Below, one piece after another: positions 21,099 through 29,028 of a DNA stretch of 32,000 nucleotides. Every line of letters begins with the position of its first letter. The first letter of the stretch is position 1. The stretch lies in the NCBI RefSeq assembly GCF_000284455.1, contig NC_017039.1, forward strand, positions 1,650,001-1,682,000, given 5' to 3'. The stretch comes from Synechocystis sp. PCC 6803 substr. PCC-P (lineage in GTDB: Bacteria > Cyanobacteriota > Cyanobacteriia > Cyanobacteriales > Microcystaceae). The notes beneath the pieces were generated by a model. The model did not search any database, was not told the DNA's origin, and saw only the letters and a program-made list of their open reading frames with translations. The translations under genes were made by a program, and so were the position numbers.

Positions 21099-22523
21099 TT
21101 AATCCCGCTGGATGGACTTAATTAGTTCCCCCTGAGGGTTAACTAAATCGATCATCAATGGCATTTGTCCCGCTGCATGGGTAGAACAACTAAGGCAGGG
21201 ATCATAACAACGAATACCCGCTTCCACCCGGTTTAAAAACCCTTCTTGCACATCATGATTGCGAATGTAGTGTTTGGCAATTTGGGCCACGGTTTTATTC
21301 ATGGCTAAGTTATTGTTGCCCGTGGCAATGATCAAATTCACTTTCTTAATTAGACCATCTTCATCTATCTTGTAATGGTGGAATAAAGTACCCCGGGGTG
21401 CTTCGCTCACTCCCACCGCTTCGGTACAATTAATTTCTGCCTTAGCTCGACAATTTTTGGACAAAATATCAGGGTCAGCCATTAACAATTCGATGGCTTC
21501 TAAACAGGCAAGAATTTCCACCAAGCGGGCGTAATGATAAAAGAAAGAGGACGTGGCCACACCTCCAGCCCGTTGCCGATATTCTTCTAATTCTTGGTCT
21601 GCTTCCGGGGTGCCAATGTGATGACAAACATTAAGGCGGGCAAGGGGACCAACCCGATAAATGCCATCGGGATAACCCAGAGATTTGTAGTAGGGAAATT
21701 TTAAATAGGACCATTTTTCCACCGATTCACCAATAAAATCAGCGTAATTATCTTCACTGAGATTGTCCGCGACAATATTGCCTTCACTGTCGGTAAACCG
21801 CAGGGAGCCGCCATAATGTTCCCATTCATTATTTTTCCCAACTAAGCCCATAAATAGGGAGGGAAATTTGCCAAATTCTGCCACTTCTGTTTGGAAGCGG
21901 TCCAACATATTTTTAAACAAATTTAAGGCTAAATAAACGGTTTCTTTTGCTTCTGGTAAACGGTCCACAATCCATTGTCTGCCTTCTTCCGACAACGGCG
22001 ATCGGACTCCACCGGGCACTGACCAAGCAGAGTGGATTTTTTTAGCTCCCAAAAGTTCAATTACCGTTTGGCCAAATTGCCGTAACCGAATACCTGCCCT
22101 AGCTAAATCGGGGTCAGCAGCAATTAAACCAAACACATTGCGAGTAGCGGGATCACTGTCCCAACCAAGCAGAAAATCAGGACTGCTGAGATGGAAAAAA
22201 CTTAGGGCGTGGGATTGGGTAATTTGCCCTAAATTCATTAAACGGCGCAGTTTTTCCCCGGCTGGAGGGATTTGCACCGCCAGTAACTTATCCCCGGTTT
22301 TAGCCGCACAGAGCAGATGGCTAACCGGACAAATGCCGCAAATACGGGCGGTAATACCAGCCATTTCCCACATGGGACGACCTTCGCAAAATTTTTCAAA
22401 ACCCCGATACTCCACCACATGGAAACGAACATCATCTACGTTGCCCTGGTCGTTGAGGAAAATGGAGATTTTGGCATGGCCTTCAATCCGGGTAACGGGA
22501 TCGATAACAATGGTTTTAGACAT
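21099..22523 (-). CDS. hoxH: Bidirectional NAD(P)-linked [NiFe] hydrogenase large subunit
   Basis: 474 aa. N-terminal RIEGH and [10 protein letters not shown] Ni-binding motif. C-terminal DPCLSCSTH, followed by a 25-aa extension of the type removed by the maturation protease. Confidence 0.97.
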   Translation of the reverse strand: MSKTIVIDPVTRIEGHAKISIFLNDQGNVDDVRFHVVEYRGFEKFCEGRPMWEMAGITARICGICPVSHLLCAAKTGDKLLAVQIPPAGEKLRRLMNLGQITQSHALSFFHLSSPDFLLGWDSDPATRNVFGLIAADPDLARAGIRLRQFGQTVIELLGAKKIHSAWSVPGGVRSPLSEEGRQWIVDRLPEAKETVYLALNLFKNMLDRFQTEVAEFGKFPSLFMGLVGKNNEWEHYGGSLRFTDSEGNIVADNLSEDNYADFIGESVEKWSYLKFPYYKSLGYPDGIYRVGPLARLNVCHHIGTPEADQELEEYRQRAGGVATSSFFYHYARLVEILACLEAIELLMADPDILSKNCRAKAEINCTEAVGVSEAPRGTLFHHYKIDEDGLIKKVNLIIATGNNNLAMNKTVAQIAKHYIRNHDVQEGFLNRVEAGIRCYDPCLSCSTHAAGQMPLMIDLVNPQGELIKSIQRD

Positions 22524-22612
22524 GGGATTGATTATTGTTGATTTAGATATTTTTTGAGCAGTAAATATAGAAAGCCGGATCTTGTAATAAATATTCAGGA
22601 ATTTAAATCAAT

Positions 22613-23062
22613 CTAACTACTGTTAGCAATAACTAATTTTATTCTAGGGAAATTTTGTTGTACGGAATTGAACAGTTTTTTGTCACAGGTATAAAAATCT
22701 ATCTGCATTTTTTCTGCTAAAGCTAAATAATGGACATCATAGGCGGCTGACAATTGAAACTTTTCGGCGATCGCCAAAGCATCCTGGTGTAGTTCTGAGT
22801 TTGAATAAAGTTCAATGCCGAGATTAAAACTTTCTGTAAGAGCAATTTGGGCTTGAGTGTAGTTAATCTGATTGGTCTTGTTTAAACGCCACAAAACATT
22901 AGTCACCTCATAGTTGATTAGATCAGGAGCAACAATTTTAGTATTTGCGTTACACCATTTATTCCACATCTCAAGATAGATAGTTTCTTCATAATACCCA
23001 ACAAGAAGTCGGACAATAAAATTTGAGTCAATACAAATTGTGAAAGAAGTTTGGTTGGTCAT
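22613..23062 (-). CDS. PIN-domain (VapC-like) putative toxin embedded in the hox operon
   Basis: 149 aa with ATG 23062 and TAG 22613-22615. Acidic residues lie in the expected PIN spacing: ICIDSNF, INYEVTNV, AAYDVHYLALA, YTCDKKL. It starts 9 nt after the stop of the small ORF upstream. Confidence 0.8.
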   Translation of the reverse strand: MTNQTSFTICIDSNFIVRLLVGYYEETIYLEMWNKWCNANTKIVAPDLINYEVTNVLWRLNKTNQINYTQAQIALTESFNLGIELYSNSELHQDALAIAEKFQLSAAYDVHYLALAEKMQIDFYTCDKKLFNSVQQNFPRIKLVIANSS

Positions 23063-23071
23063 ACCTAAAAA

Positions 23072-23326
23072 TCATTTTCCAAAACAGGCTTGTAGAACAT
23101 CTTGGGTTCTTTCCTCACGCATTTCTTCGATGATTTCATCTATAGAAAGATCAAAAGGTTTTCCCTGACGAGAAGCATAAATTTCTTGGCGATTGGTTTC
23201 AATTTTCCCCAAAACCTCCTGCCAGTTGCTATTTTTTTCTGCCAAATGAGTTTCCAATAACTTTTGCTCCTCTGGGGAAAGACTTTGAATTATTTGAACC
23301 AAGGATTCTACTAATTGGGTATTCAT
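23072..23326 (-). CDS. Putative antitoxin-like small protein (84 aa) paired with the PIN gene
   Basis: ATG 23326 has a strong AGGAG (complement of 23335-23339) 8 nt upstream; the track start at 23356 is a TTG. The protein is acidic and helical (SLSPEEQKLLETHLAEK ... LSIDEIIEEMREERTQ). The toxin lies immediately downstream. Confidence 0.6.
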   Translation of the reverse strand: MNTQLVESLVQIIQSLSPEEQKLLETHLAEKNSNWQEVLGKIETNRQEIYASRQGKPFDLSIDEIIEEMREERTQDVLQACFGK

Positions 23327-23377
23327 TATTAAATCTCCTGAATAGCTATTTTGCAAACTGTTTAGAAAACTTGAATT

Positions 23378-23926
23378 TTAACCAAATTTGATCATTGCTC
23401 GCCCTTCCATGAGGGGATGTTCCCCATTTAATAATGGTTCTAGCGTTGCTCGAATACGGTGGGCATCGGGAGGACAACCGGGCATAAAAATATCCACCGG
23501 AATAACCTCATGTAGGGGAATAACCTTGTCTAATAGAGGCGGCACAATACCAGGTTCATCGGGCAGTTGAGGCGTCCCATCTCCCAGTTCAATATAGGCT
23601 CGGCGCAGAACCGGATCGCTACCTTTGAGCATATTACGCATACCGGGGACATTGGCGGTTACAGCACAGTCCCCAAAGGAAATTACTACCTTCGTTTTCT
23701 GTCTCAACTCCAAAGCTAACTCTAAATTTTCTTCGTTGGCGATCGCCCCTTCCACTAGGCAAACATCCACATTGTCCGGGTATTCCTTGAGATCAGAACC
23801 AACGGGACTGAAAACCACATCAACTTTTTGAGCGAGATCAATGAGCCATTCGTCCATATCAAGGAAGGACATATGACAGCCGGAACAACCAGCGAGCCAA
23901 ACGGTAGCAAAACGAATTTTAGCCAT
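23378..23926 (-). CDS. hoxY: Bidirectional [NiFe] hydrogenase small subunit
   Basis: 182 aa. Proximal-cluster Cys motif VWLAGCSGCHMS, plus GDCA and PGCPP Cys contexts. Confidence 0.95.
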   Translation of the reverse strand: MAKIRFATVWLAGCSGCHMSFLDMDEWLIDLAQKVDVVFSPVGSDLKEYPDNVDVCLVEGAIANEENLELALELRQKTKVVISFGDCAVTANVPGMRNMLKGSDPVLRRAYIELGDGTPQLPDEPGIVPPLLDKVIPLHEVIPVDIFMPGCPPDAHRIRATLEPLLNGEHPLMEGRAMIKFG

Positions 23927-23971
23927 GATTAAAAGTTTAGAAATGATGTTAAAAGTTCTTAAAAGTTCAAC

Positions 23972-24688
23972 CTACCTGACCCATTCCTTTTCTTTACGGG
24001 CAGTGGCTAAAAACTCCACCTTACGGCGATCGCCAATTTTTTCAGCAGTAGTTTCTCCTTTATGGAAGATAGAACCCGTGGGACAGGCATCCACACATTT
24101 GCCACAGGAAGTACAGGCATCAACGGTTCCCCAGGGCTGATTTAAACCAGAAACAATTTTGCATTCTGCGCCCCGGTAAGCCACATCCCAAACGTGGGCT
24201 CCCTCAATTTCATCGCAAACTCGCACACAACGGGTACAGAGAATACAACGGTTATGATCAATGCCAAACATGGGATGGGATAAATCCACTTCTCGCTTGG
24301 GAAATTGATATTTAAATCGGCTGTGATCCATACCCACCGTAATGGCCATATCTTGCAATTCACAGTTGCCGTTAGCCACACAAATGGCACAGACATGATT
24401 GCCTTCGGAAAAAAGTAATTCCACTGTCATACGTCGGTAATTTTGCAATTTTTCTGTGTTGGTGTGGACTACCATTTCTTCGCTCACAGCGGTAACGCAG
24501 GCGGGCATCAATTTATTCGTGCCTTCCACTTCCACCATGCACAAACGACAGGCTGCCGCTTCTGAAATCCCTTCTAAATGGCAAAGGGTGGGAATGGGAA
24601 CCCCTGCTTCTTTAGCCGCTTGCAAAATACTTGCGCCTTCTTCAATGGCGATCGCCTTATCATCAATGGTTAAAGTAACAACAGACAT
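23972..24688 (-). CDS. hoxU: Hydrogenase diaphorase moiety Fe-S subunit (NuoG N-terminal-like)
   Basis: 238 aa. 2Fe-2S ferredoxin-like N-terminus (CHLEGISEAAACRLC) and 4Fe-4S motifs (CILCTRCVRVC, CTSCGKCVDACP). AAGGAG lies 10 nt upstream of ATG 24688. Confidence 0.95.
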   Translation of the reverse strand: MSVVTLTIDDKAIAIEEGASILQAAKEAGVPIPTLCHLEGISEAAACRLCMVEVEGTNKLMPACVTAVSEEMVVHTNTEKLQNYRRMTVELLFSEGNHVCAICVANGNCELQDMAITVGMDHSRFKYQFPKREVDLSHPMFGIDHNRCILCTRCVRVCDEIEGAHVWDVAYRGAECKIVSGLNQPWGTVDACTSCGKCVDACPTGSIFHKGETTAEKIGDRRKVEFLATARKEKEWVR

Positions 24689-24714
24689 TGGCCAAAAACT
24701 CCTTTGAAAATGAA

Positions 24715-25353
24715 TTAACTAAATTGTTGAAGTAGCCAACGCATGACTTCTCCATGATTCGTTTGGCGTGTTTTTTGCAACGCCTCTTCCAAAACAGCTA
24801 AATTTAATCCAGGTAAAACTAAAGATTCTCGAATTTGGTAGCTCCCTTGGTTTTCCATTTTAAACCCCATGATTTTAGTGGCCTTCACATCCACAATCCA
24901 ATATTCTTTAACGCCTAACTCTTCATAAAGTAGCCGTTTTTTTCCTTGATCATCAGCTAAGGAAGTATTGGCAATTTCGATAACTAAATCTGGGGGAGGA
25001 TAATCATTTAAATTGACAATACCTGTTCCAGAGGGGATAGCCATAGCATTATCCCCCACATGGCAAGAAATATCAGGTTGTACCTCCCAATGACCGGGTT
25101 TACGATAACTACAGGTATCATTTCCGTTGAGCGGAATTTTCTTAAAAATTGCATACAGACTAATAGCGTTACTAATTAGGTAATGGTCTCTTGAATGATC
25201 GTTACCAACGGGAGACATTTCAATTCTCAACTGGTTTTGATAGTAGTAGAACTTTGCTTTGTCATAATCGGGATTTTCAGTGGCTTGGATAAATTCTTCC
25301 CAGGTGGCCTCAGTCCAAGTGTCACTTTTGATGGGAGCAGTTAAAACATTCAT
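24715..25353 (-). CDS. Uma2-family (DUF820) PD-(D/E)xK putative endonuclease embedded between hoxF and hoxU
   Basis: 212 aa with ATG 25353 and TAA 24715-24717. Uma2 hallmarks: QPDISCHVG, PPPDLVIEIANTSLADDQGKKRLLYEELGVKEYWIVDV, and LPGLNL near the C-terminus. The gaps are 40 nt to the hoxF stop and 26 nt to the hoxU start. Confidence 0.8.
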   Translation of the reverse strand: MNVLTAPIKSDTWTEATWEEFIQATENPDYDKAKFYYYQNQLRIEMSPVGNDHSRDHYLISNAISLYAIFKKIPLNGNDTCSYRKPGHWEVQPDISCHVGDNAMAIPSGTGIVNLNDYPPPDLVIEIANTSLADDQGKKRLLYEELGVKEYWIVDVKATKIMGFKMENQGSYQIRESLVLPGLNLAVLEEALQKTRQTNHGEVMRWLLQQFS

Positions 25354-25393
25354 GGTGTTTCAGAAAAGTTAACTGAGTGGATAAATTACCGAA

Positions 25394-26995
25394 CTAGACT
25401 TTGAGTAATTCTTCATATTCATGACGAAAATAGCGCAGGGTACTTATTACCGGATTAGGCGCACTCATCCCCAATCCACAAAGGCTAGTTTCCTTAACCA
25501 TATGGCAAAGATTTTCTAGTTTGATCAAGTCTTCTTGGGTAGCTTCCCCTTCTAAAAAGCGGGTTAAAAGGTCATAAAGTTGCACTGTGCCCGCTCGGCA
25601 GGGAATACATTTGCCACAGGATTCCGATTTGCAAAAATCCATATAAAACTGGGCCACGTCCACCATATTGGTGCTTTCATCCATGACAATCATGCCCCCG
25701 GAACCCATCATGGTGCCCAGGGCTAATAGGGTGTCATATTCGATGGGAGTATCCAATTTATCGGCGGGGATACAGCCTCCGGAAGGGCCCCCAGTTTGCA
25801 CTGCTTTGACTTGGCCACCATTGGGTACACCGCCCCCCATTTCCTCCACCACTTGTCGCACGGTGGTTCCCATGGGCACTTCAATCAGACCAGCGTTTTC
25901 CACTTTTCCTGTGAGGGCAAAAACCTTGGTGCCTTTACTTTTTTCCGTACCAATGGAGCCATACCAATCTCCCCCTTCCCGAATGATGGGTACAACGTTG
26001 GCGTAGGTTTCCACATTGTTAATCAGGGTGGGACTTTGCCACAAACCCGATTGGGCTGGATAGGGTGGTCTTGGTCGGGGCGTTCCCCGTTTTCCTTCCA
26101 CTGAGGCAATTAATGCTGTTTCTTCACCGCAGACAAAGGCACCGGCTCCTACTCGTATATCAATCTTGAAATCAATGGGAGAGTCAAAAATTTGGGTGCC
26201 CATCAGGCCATAACGTTTAGCCTGTTGGATCGCTTTTTGCAGTCGTTGGATAGCTAGGGGGTATTCCGCCCGCACATAAATGTAACCATGGTTAGCCCCC
26301 ACTGCATAGGCGGCGATCGCCATACCTTCGAGGATGCGATGGGGATCACTTTCCAACACACTGCGGTCCATGAAAGCACCGGGATCGCCTTCGTCAGCAT
26401 TGCAGATGACATATTTTTGCTGGCCGGGCATTTTGGCCACTGTGGCCCATTTCAAGCCGGTGGGATAACCGCCCCCACCCCGACCCCGCAGACCACTTTT
26501 GTTCATTTCCACGATCACTTCCTCTGGGGTCATTTCATAGACAACCTTATGAAGCTGTTCGTAGCCCCCTAGGGCGATGTATTCATCAATGGATTCGGGA
26601 TCAATCCGGCCTGAATTTTCCAAAGCAATATTCCTTTGCAGGGCGTAGAAGGGATGGTGGGGATCACCACTGATTAAGCCTGTTTCTGCAACTGCATCGG
26701 GTTTCTGCAATTTTTTGACAATATCCCCCACCTGGTCTGGGGTAACAAATTCGTAGAGTTGATTCCGGTCATCCACCGCCACTAGGGGGCCCCGGCCACA
26801 AAACTTCATACAGCCTACCCCACAGACTTCCACTTTTTCTTCCAATCCTGCTGCGGCGATCGCCGTGGTGAGATTTTTTTTCACCGTCTCCCCTTCAGAA
26901 GAAAGACAACCGGCAGCACTACAACAACGAATGCGAATTTTTGTTTGTTTCTCACGGCTTTTGGTGGCAATTTCCTTTAATTCTTTAATGTCCAT
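25394..26995 (-). CDS. hoxF: Hydrogenase diaphorase NAD(P)H-binding FMN/Fe-S subunit (NuoF-like)
   Basis: ATG 26995 gives 533 aa (the track start at 27019 adds 8 aa). FMN/NAD site GLRGRGGGGYPTG, 4Fe-4S motif SCGKCIPCR and an N-terminal thioredoxin-like 2Fe-2S Cys cluster. Confidence 0.95.
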   Translation of the reverse strand: MDIKELKEIATKSREKQTKIRIRCCSAAGCLSSEGETVKKNLTTAIAAAGLEEKVEVCGVGCMKFCGRGPLVAVDDRNQLYEFVTPDQVGDIVKKLQKPDAVAETGLISGDPHHPFYALQRNIALENSGRIDPESIDEYIALGGYEQLHKVVYEMTPEEVIVEMNKSGLRGRGGGGYPTGLKWATVAKMPGQQKYVICNADEGDPGAFMDRSVLESDPHRILEGMAIAAYAVGANHGYIYVRAEYPLAIQRLQKAIQQAKRYGLMGTQIFDSPIDFKIDIRVGAGAFVCGEETALIASVEGKRGTPRPRPPYPAQSGLWQSPTLINNVETYANVVPIIREGGDWYGSIGTEKSKGTKVFALTGKVENAGLIEVPMGTTVRQVVEEMGGGVPNGGQVKAVQTGGPSGGCIPADKLDTPIEYDTLLALGTMMGSGGMIVMDESTNMVDVAQFYMDFCKSESCGKCIPCRAGTVQLYDLLTRFLEGEATQEDLIKLENLCHMVKETSLCGLGMSAPNPVISTLRYFRHEYEELLKV

Positions 26996-27071
26996 GGGGT
27001 TTAAGCTCAATAACAACAAATCAAAAAATCAACTAGAAAAGATCAAGCAATCACCTGATACTTAATATCCG

Positions 27072-27593
27072 TTAACTGTTACTTAACCAAGGTTGTATCG
27101 CCGCCAATACCGCTTCGTCATTCTGCTTGCCCAACACTTTGCCGTCATAGACCACGGCTGGGGCAATGCCACAGGCTCCAATGCAACGGGCCGTCACCAA
27201 GGACATTTGTCCATCCTCTGTCGTTTCCCCCGGTTTCAGATGGACTTCCTGATCTAGGGTTTTCAGCAAATCCCCCGCCCCTTTAACGTAGCAAGCCGTT
27301 CCCAAGCAGACCACACAGGTATGTTTCCCACTGGGTTTAAGGGAAAAAAGATGGTAAAAAGTCGCCACTCCAAACACCCGGCTGAGGGGTAATTTAAGCC
27401 CCCGGGCTACGTAGAGCAGAACATCCTCTTCCAGGTAGCCAAAAATTTCCTGGGCTTTATGCAGGATTTCAATGAGGGCATCCTGATTAAATTGGTTGCG
27501 CTTCATGGTGGCGTCTAACACCTTAAAACGCTTGTCTCCACTAGGATGGGCCGCAGATGGGGGCACAGTTTGGCGATCGGTGGCAACGGTCAT
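27072..27593 (-). CDS. hoxE: Hydrogenase diaphorase 2Fe-2S subunit (NuoE-like)
   Basis: ATG 27593 gives 173 aa. NuoE-type Cys pattern CVVCLGTAC ... ARCIGACGIAP. Confidence 0.93.
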   Translation of the reverse strand: MTVATDRQTVPPSAAHPSGDKRFKVLDATMKRNQFNQDALIEILHKAQEIFGYLEEDVLLYVARGLKLPLSRVFGVATFYHLFSLKPSGKHTCVVCLGTACYVKGAGDLLKTLDQEVHLKPGETTEDGQMSLVTARCIGACGIAPAVVYDGKVLGKQNDEAVLAAIQPWLSNS

Positions 27594-27760
27594 GGAAAAA
27601 TCCTCAAAAAGGAGCAATACAGCAGATAAAAGATGATTGGGAGAGCCTAAACCAGGTAAATTTGATTGCGAAAGTTAGCCTGATTTTCACCCTTAGTCGG
27701 GAAAGAATTTGTGTGCCTCCACAATCTTGCCCACAATAACGAATGGAATCTCTAGTTGGT

Positions 27761-27798
27761 TGCCTTCATTGTTACATCAACTTTTAAAAAGTGAGCAA
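27761..27798 (-). promoter_or_regulatory. Candidate hox operon promoter (-35 TTGCTC, 18-nt spacer, -10 TAACAA)
   Basis: On the minus strand, TTGCTC is the complement of 27793-27798 and TAACAA is the complement of 27769-27774. This predicts a start near 27761-27763. That agrees with my recollection that the hox TSS in Synechocystis maps about 168 nt upstream of the hoxE ATG (27593 + 168 = 27761). Confidence 0.5.
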
Positions 27799-28253
27799 AT
27801 CTTTAGCTTTCTTCAATGTCGATTACTTAATCGGGATAATTTAGACAACGAAAAAGTTGTTTTAAGCAACAAAAATAGTTCAAATAAATTGCACTAGATT
27901 TTGTTAATATTTCGTAACTAAATTAATATCGATTACTTCCCTTTAGTGAATAAAGTTAAATATTGCTTGCCATTGTTGGTGGGATTTTGTACATTGAATA
28001 CATGGAGCCGAAGGGCTTCACTGGCAGATAAAAACAGCCACTTCCGTCCGAAAACCCTAGTTTAACAAGAGAGGTAAAACCGAGCTGTTTCTTTCTAAAT
28101 CTGTCTCGTTTGTTTCTCAGTTCATCGCTCAGATGACGGACAACACCCAAACCGAAAATAGTCGCAACCCCAATTGCTAGCCATGGGAGATAGGCACTGA
28201 CCTTGTATTAGGTATTTGCAGCTCCGGTCATGCTCGAAGAAAGGAGGGTAAGT

Positions 28254-28266
28254 CGAACTAGTTACT
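28254..28266 (-). promoter_or_regulatory. LexA-box-like imperfect palindrome far upstream of hoxE
   Basis: The plus strand reads CGAACTAGTTACT, so the minus strand reads AGTAACTAGTTCG. This fits the cyanobacterial LexA box RGTACNNNDGTWCB with one mismatch. It contains the perfect 8-bp palindrome AACTAGTT (28256-28263) and lies 661-673 nt upstream of the hoxE ATG. Confidence 0.45.
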
Positions 28267-28300
28267 AGGTTCTGGGTGTTGTTTGGAAGTGATTTCTAGG

Positions 28301-28332
28301 GAAAATATAAAGAAAAGAAAATATAAAGAAAA
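28301..28332. repeat. Perfect 16-bp tandem duplication GAAAATATAAAGAAAA x2
   Basis: Read directly: copy 1 at 28301-28316 and copy 2 at 28317-28332, identical. Confidence 0.95.
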
Positions 28333-28387
28333 GAGGATAGGAGAAATCTATTTTTTATGGTGAGAGGATAAAAGTTGAGTATTGTCG

Positions 28388-29020
28388 ATGAGTAGTTCGC
28401 CGAAGGTATTGAATCCTCAGGGCAAGCCATATGCTAGTGACACGAGTGATGAGGAGTGGAAGGTAATTGAGCCCAAGTCACCAGCCCAGCACCAAAAGGA
28501 TTTGGGCATCCTAGAGAGTTAGACCTACGAGAAATAAATTATCAATGCCATCTTTTATTTACAGCGCACAGGATGTCAATGGGAGATGTTCCCCTATGAT
28601 TTCCCTCCCCCATCAGACAGTATATAAATATTTTCACAAGTGGCAAAGGAAGGGAATTTGGCAACAAGTTCATGATGGATTACGTAAAGAGGTGAGAAAA
28701 AAGATAGGAAGAACTCCCAACTCTACTGTGGCAATGGTGGACTCCCAATCCGTTAAAACAACGGAAAAAAGGGGGAGGTATATGACTTTGATGGTGGCAA
28801 GAAAATTAAAGGACGTAAACGGCATATCGTAATTGAGGTCGTTAAGCGTTCATCTAAGGAATTTGAACTTTTAGCCGAGTGTTGGGTGATAGAGCGTACT
28901 TTTGGTTGGTTAAATCGCTATCGGCGATTAAGCAAGGATTACGAACTTTATACCGAAATAAGTTAAGCAATGATTTATGGTGCCCTCATCCGTATAATGC
29001 CTTCTCGTATTACTTTTTAA
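28388..29020 (+). mobile_element. Decayed IS5-family (DDE_Tnp_1, IS1031/ISL2-like) transposase remnant; includes track ORF 28545-28832
   Basis: Translation in shifting frames gives these blocks: MSSSPKVLNPQGKPYASDTSDEEWKVIEP / GHPRELDLRE / IINAIFYLQRTGCQWEMFPYDFPP / HQTVYKYFHKWQRKGIWQQVHDGLRKEV...DSQSVKTTEK / YDFDGGKKIKGRKRHIV-IEVVKRSSKEFELLAECWVIERTFGWLNRYRRLSKDYELYTEIS*AMIYGALIRIM. These are the conserved N- and C-terminal blocks of IS5-family transposases. They are broken by 4 frameshifts and an in-frame TAA (28964-28966). The central DDE core between GRKRHIV and the C-terminal block is missing. No terminal inverted repeats could be identified. Confidence 0.75.
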
Positions 29021-29028
29021 TTTTTACT

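Noticed and set aside
27709-27897. 62-aa plus-strand ORF
   Set aside because: It runs through the hox promoter and 5' UTR on the opposite strand. It is AT-rich and low-complexity with no start context.
27956-28150. 64-aa minus-strand ORF in the hox upstream region (open to 28207 with a TM-like stretch LPWLAIGVATIFGLGVV)
   Set aside because: It has no ATG or GTG start, only a TTG at 28150, and no ribosome-binding site or family resemblance. It lies within the regulatory/AT-rich region. It may be a gene relic, but that cannot be supported.
28301-28332. CRISPR-like repeat?
   Set aside because: There are only two directly abutting 16-bp copies with no spacers, so this is a simple tandem duplication. 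No other array-like periodicity occurs anywhere in the window.
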